Source of the DNA: Thermoanaerobaculia bacterium
Lineage (GTDB): Bacteria; Acidobacteriota; Thermoanaerobaculia; Gp7-AA8
Length of the DNA: 64,000 nt
Assembly (NCBI GenBank): GCA_036398925.1
Contig: DASWOB010000095.1
Location: forward strand, 22,616 to 86,615
Direction of reading: 5' to 3'
The translations under genes and the position numbers were made by a program. Shown here one piece after another: positions 60,485-64,000 of the stretch; position 1 is the first letter of the stretch; each line of letters begins with the position of its first letter. A model generated the notes under the pieces. That model did not search any database, was not told the origin of the DNA, and saw nothing but the letters and a program-made list of their open reading frames with translations.

Positions 60485-60825
60485 TCGAAGGTTTCGTCGA
60501 GAGCTCGCTCGTGATCGTGAATCTGATCACGCCGAAGGAGAAGTTCTTCGGCGTCCTGCGGGCGCTGTCGCCGGCCGGCGTGACGATGCGCGCCATCAAC
60601 CTCGATTCGTTCGATGACTGGATCCGGCAGATCGCGCGCGGCGAGGAGCCGAACATCGACCTGGTGACGATGTTCGTGCCGCTTTTCCGCGTGGAACGCA
60701 TTTTTCTCGACGAGCCGTCGGGCGTCATCAAGTCGTACTCGCAGCGCTTCGAGGACGTGGTCGGCCGCCCGGTGGCCGACTATCTCGAAGCCGGACCCGA
60801 CGCCGGAAACGGCCGCTCCGTATAA
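60481..60825 (+). CDS. hypothetical protein (114 aa)
   Basis: Start overlaps the upstream stop (ATGA). No family recognised. Confidence 0.4.
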   Translation: MIEGFVESSLVIVNLITPKEKFFGVLRALSPAGVTMRAINLDSFDDWIRQIARGEEPNIDLVTMFVPLFRVERIFLDEPSGVIKSYSQRFEDVVGRPVADYLEAGPDAGNGRSV

Positions 60826-60858
60826 TTCGCGCCAATTCGTCACCCTTGGAGGGATTCG

Positions 60859-61404
60859 TTGTTCCTGAAAAACGTACGCATCATGCTGGCCGCCGCGATG
60901 GCCCTCACGCTCGTCGCCGGCTGCCAGAAAAACGAAACAGCCGCGCCCGAGGCGGAGGCATTCAGCTTCGTGATCTACCCGAACTCGCGGTATCTCGGGC
61001 AGATCACCGAGATGACCAAACAGGCCCACAAGACGGCGCGGCCGAGCGAAGAGCCGCCGCCCATCGCGATCTACGACACCGAGGCCTCCGTCGATGAAGT
61101 CGCGAGCTACTACGCGAAGGAGTACGGCTACCCCAACGTCGCGCCCGACGCCACGAACAACCTCAGCTCCGCGAAGCCGCCCGCGTACTACCGCACCGGC
61201 GACCTGCAGACCGACAACCGCGCCATCGAGCCGGTGCTCAAGCAGATGAACGCGCCGACCGATGTCTCGAAGGCGGTCGGCACCTATCGCGCGGCCGACA
61301 TCGAGCCGCGCCCGAACCGGCCGCGCGTCACCGTGCAGCGGCCCTACTTTGACGTGACCACGTCGCAGGTCGTCGACCGGACGTTGATCCTGATGTCGAA
61401 GTAA
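60859..61404 (+). CDS. putative lipoprotein (lipobox LVAGC)
   Basis: MLAAAMALTLVAGCQKNE signal and lipobox. No family recognised. Confidence 0.5.
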   Translation: MFLKNVRIMLAAAMALTLVAGCQKNETAAPEAEAFSFVIYPNSRYLGQITEMTKQAHKTARPSEEPPPIAIYDTEASVDEVASYYAKEYGYPNVAPDATNNLSSAKPPAYYRTGDLQTDNRAIEPVLKQMNAPTDVSKAVGTYRAADIEPRPNRPRVTVQRPYFDVTTSQVVDRTLILMSK

Positions 61405-62153
61405 TGCGCAGCGCGTGCATCGCCGGCCTCGGGCTGATCGGAGGGTCGATCGGAATCGCCCTCCGGGCCCGTGGCTGGTATGTGCGCTACCGCGATCCCC
61501 ACGTCTCTCTCGAGGACGCCCGCCGCCTTGCCGCCGCCGATGCAGCCGCGGACGACGTGGAAGGTGATTGCGACGTGCTCGTGCTGGCGCAGCCGGTGGA
61601 TGTGGCCATCCGCGACCTGCAGCGGATGCACGCGGCCAGCGGCATCGTCACTTCGGTCGCCAGCGTCATGCAGCCTCTGCGCGACGTGGCCCGCGTGCCG
61701 TTCGTGGCCGGACATCCGATGGCCGGCTCGCACGAGAGCGGACTGCGTGCGGCGCGCGGCGACCTCTTCGCCGGCAAACGGTGGTTCGTCGATGACGAGC
61801 ATCCGTTCGTGGAGGAGCTCGTGCGCGACTGCGGCGGCGTGCTGACGCGCGTCGATGCTCGCGAGCACGATGCCGGCGTCGCGCTGACCAGTCACCTGCC
61901 GCAGGTGCTCTCGACCGCGCTCGCCGCCTACCTCGCCGATCGCGACGTGCTGCGGTTCGCGGGGAGCGGCCTGGCCACGTTCCTCCGCCTGGCCGGCAGC
62001 GACGCCAGCGTCTGGGCGCCGGTGCTGGAGGCGAACCGGGAGAACCTCGCGCCGCATGCGGAGAAGCTGGCCGAACTGGTGCGCGAGATCATCGAGGGCG
62101 ATCCGCGCGAAGCGTTCGAAAAAGCGCAAAAGGTTGCGCGTGCGCTGTCGTGA
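61404..62153 (+). CDS. tyrA: prephenate/arogenate dehydrogenase family protein
   Basis: GLGLIGGSIG Rossmann motif, then FVAGHPMAGSE-like (VAGHPMAGSHESG) catalytic motif. Confidence 0.8.
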   Translation: MRSACIAGLGLIGGSIGIALRARGWYVRYRDPHVSLEDARRLAAADAAADDVEGDCDVLVLAQPVDVAIRDLQRMHAASGIVTSVASVMQPLRDVARVPFVAGHPMAGSHESGLRAARGDLFAGKRWFVDDEHPFVEELVRDCGGVLTRVDAREHDAGVALTSHLPQVLSTALAAYLADRDVLRFAGSGLATFLRLAGSDASVWAPVLEANRENLAPHAEKLAELVREIIEGDPREAFEKAQKVARALS

Positions 62154-62262
62154 TCTGGACTGCGGTGGCAACGCCACCGCTCTGACATACGCGACGGAGT
62201 CGCGCGCCGCTCCGCGGCGTGAAGAGCGGTGGCGCTGCCACCGCAGTCCAGATCGTTCGCGC
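62154..62262. repeat. long near-perfect inverted repeat (31-bp arms, ~45-nt spacer), each arm itself containing a mini-hairpin
   Basis: gatctggactgcggtggcaacgccaccgctc ... gagcggtggcgctgccaccgcagtccagatc, with one mismatch between the arms. It sits between the tyrA stop and the next gene. Confidence 0.7.
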
Positions 62263-62333
62263 CTGAAACAGGCGGTCTCTCACTCGCGGAGAGACGAAGG
62301 GTCGGCTGGAAGCCCACACCACACGGGCAAACC

Positions 62334-64000
62334 ATGAACCTCGCCTGGCTCCTCGTCGCCGTCGTCTACGCGCTCGCGATCTTTCTCGCGCGCCGTTTCG
62401 GCGTCCCCCTCTCCCGCCGCGCGGCGCTGCTCTTCTACGCGCTGACGCTCCTCTTCCTCTGGCAGCCGCTCACGCAGCGCGTGGTGCATGCGCCGATGGA
62501 CGTCATCCGGTTCGTGCCGCCGTGGACTGCCACCGCGCCGCCGGGGCTCACCAAAGAGACGGCCTCGAACTACGAGCTGCAGGACGTGCCGATGCAGATG
62601 CTGCCGTGGGCCGAGCAGGTGCGTTCCGCCTGGCGACAGGGCAAAGTGCCGCTCTGGAACGAGCTCTCGGGCTGCGGCTATCCGCTGCTCGGCAATGCCC
62701 AGAGCGCGGCGCTCTCGCCATTGCGCCTCCTCGCGCTGCCGTTGCCGCTCGCGTATGCGATGTCCGCCGAAGCGGCGATGAAGATCGTGATCGCGCTGAC
62801 GTTCACCTTTCTCTACTGCCGGCGGCGCTATGAATTCTGGCCGAGCATCGCCGGCGCGGTGGCGTTCGGGTTCGGAACCTTCCTCATCGTCTGGCTGCAC
62901 TTTCCCCACTCCACGGTGGCGGCCTTCCTGCCGGCGGTGCTGTACCAGATCGACCTGCTGGCCGAGAAGCCGACGCGCGGGCGCTTCGCCTTCGCCGCGT
63001 TCCTCGGCCCGCTGATCCTCTTCGGCGGCCATCCGGAGACCACCGCGCACATCGTCTTCTTCGCCTCGCTGTACGTGCTCTGGATCGTCCTCACCGAGCG
63101 GCCGAAGAGGTTCCTCGTGACGCTGATCGCCGTCTCCGCGGTGGCCGCGCTGCTGTCGCTGCCGTTCCTCGTGCCGGTGGCCGAGGGGGTGACGCAAAGC
63201 TCGCGGCATCTCGATCTGCAGACGCGGCCACACGCCGGGATTCCGTTCTCCGACTGGCCGTCGCTGCAGCTCCTGGCGAATCCGCATCTCTACGGCAGGC
63301 TGCCGGGGCCGGAGTGGAGCACCGCCGCCGCCGCGGAGTCGATCTGCGGCTTTGCCGGCCTGCTCGGCCTCGGCGCGTGGCTCGGTCTGCTGCTGCGCCG
63401 CGACTGGCGGTCGCGGGAGATGTTCTTCGTCCTCGCCACGGCCATCCTCTTCCTGCTGCTCGACGACTTTTCGCCGCTCAGCGAGCCGCTGCGCACGCTG
63501 ATGCCGCTCGTCTCGCATTCGCGATTGCGGCTGCCGTTCATGCTGATGACCGCGCTGATGACCGCGGCGGCGCTGAACGACAAAGCGTCGCGCATCCCGA
63601 CCATCGGCTTCGCGCTGGCCATCGTGGCCACGATCTTCATCCGCACGCCCTGGCCTGATGATGCCGCACGCAACGCCGCGCTGCTGGCGTTCCTGCCGAG
63701 CATGGCCGTGCTGGCGCTGTTCGCATTCAAGCTGCGCGTGGCCGTCTTCGCCGCGGTCTTCGTCGAGCTCTGGTTCGCCGCGCATCACTGGAATCCCATT
63801 CGTCCCATCGACGAGCTCTATCCGCGCACACCGCTCATCGAAGCGCTGCTGCAGCAGGACCGCGAGGGGTGGAGGACGCTCGGCATCGGCGGCCATCTGT
63901 TTCCGAACACGAACGCGATGTTCGGCATCGAGGACGCCCGCGCGCACGATCCGATGGCCAACGGCCGCTACATCGCCCTGCTGCAACGTGAGACCAAAGG
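62334..64000 (+). CDS. large polytopic membrane protein (YfhO/GT-C-like architecture), partial; continues past window end
   Basis: More than 10 predicted TM helices (MNLAWLLVAVVYALAIFLA...). No stop within the window. Confidence 0.6.
   Translation, partial: MNLAWLLVAVVYALAIFLARRFGVPLSRRAALLFYALTLLFLWQPLTQRVVHAPMDVIRFVPPWTATAPPGLTKETASNYELQDVPMQMLPWAEQVRSAWRQGKVPLWNELSGCGYPLLGNAQSAALSPLRLLALPLPLAYAMSAEAAMKIVIALTFTFLYCRRRYEFWPSIAGAVAFGFGTFLIVWLHFPHSTVAAFLPAVLYQIDLLAEKPTRGRFAFAAFLGPLILFGGHPETTAHIVFFASLYVLWIVLTERPKRFLVTLIAVSAVAALLSLPFLVPVAEGVTQSSRHLDLQTRPHAGIPFSDWPSLQLLANPHLYGRLPGPEWSTAAAAESICGFAGLLGLGAWLGLLLRRDWRSREMFFVLATAILFLLLDDFSPLSEPLRTLMPLVSHSRLRLPFMLMTALMTAAALNDKASRIPTIGFALAIVATIFIRTPWPDDAARNAALLAFLPSMAVLALFAFKLRVAVFAAVFVELWFAAHHWNPIRPIDELYPRTPLIEALLQQDREGWRTLGIGGHLFPNTNAMFGIEDARAHDPMANGRYIALLQRETK

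Overview
This is a high-GC (about 68%), gene-dense bacterial chromosomal segment. The protein repertoire (S46 and S9 peptidases, many CarboxypepD_reg-like secreted proteins, a TonB receptor with a CarboxypepD_reg N-terminus) suggests Acidobacteriota- or Gemmatimonadota-like soil bacteria; that taxonomic placement is inference.

The left third is a conserved minus-strand housekeeping run: rho, engB, lon, clpX, clpP, tig, tRNA-Leu, tRNA-Lys, pgsA and a Crp-family regulator.

Four accessory features stand out:
- A tightly packed fatty-acid/type-II-PKS-like operon (ACP, hotdog dehydratase, KAS II, a Cys-less KS/CLF-like partner, GT2) sits next to an AMP-ligase, a flavin-dependent halogenase and ExoD. 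This resembles an aryl-polyene or xanthomonadin-like halogenated lipid or pigment cluster.
- A complete-looking gas-vesicle (gvp) operon has GvpA, J, K, L, S, G and two GvpF-type genes, but no gvpN, gvpO or gvpC. It instead carries a tandem-P-loop ArsA/GET3-family ATPase. A 21-bp x ~16 tandem repeat array lies just downstream of gvpA.
- A two-gene module appears twice about 22 kb apart: a small signal-peptide Cys-rich protein whose mature end starts C-x-Y-C, followed by a large multi-CarboxypepD_reg secreted protein.
- Two genome-specific families of heptamer-built hairpin repeats occur at 10 or more intergenic sites. One copy carries a four-helix-bundle (23S-IVS-type) ORF between its arms.

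Also present:
- A HepT/MNT toxin-antitoxin pair lies between secA and proC.
- A queC-GNAT-queE operon is present.
- The far right of the window holds deoB, pdp, lipA, xerD, carD, tyrA and related genes.
- Many long antisense shadow ORFs typical of high-GC DNA were rejected.
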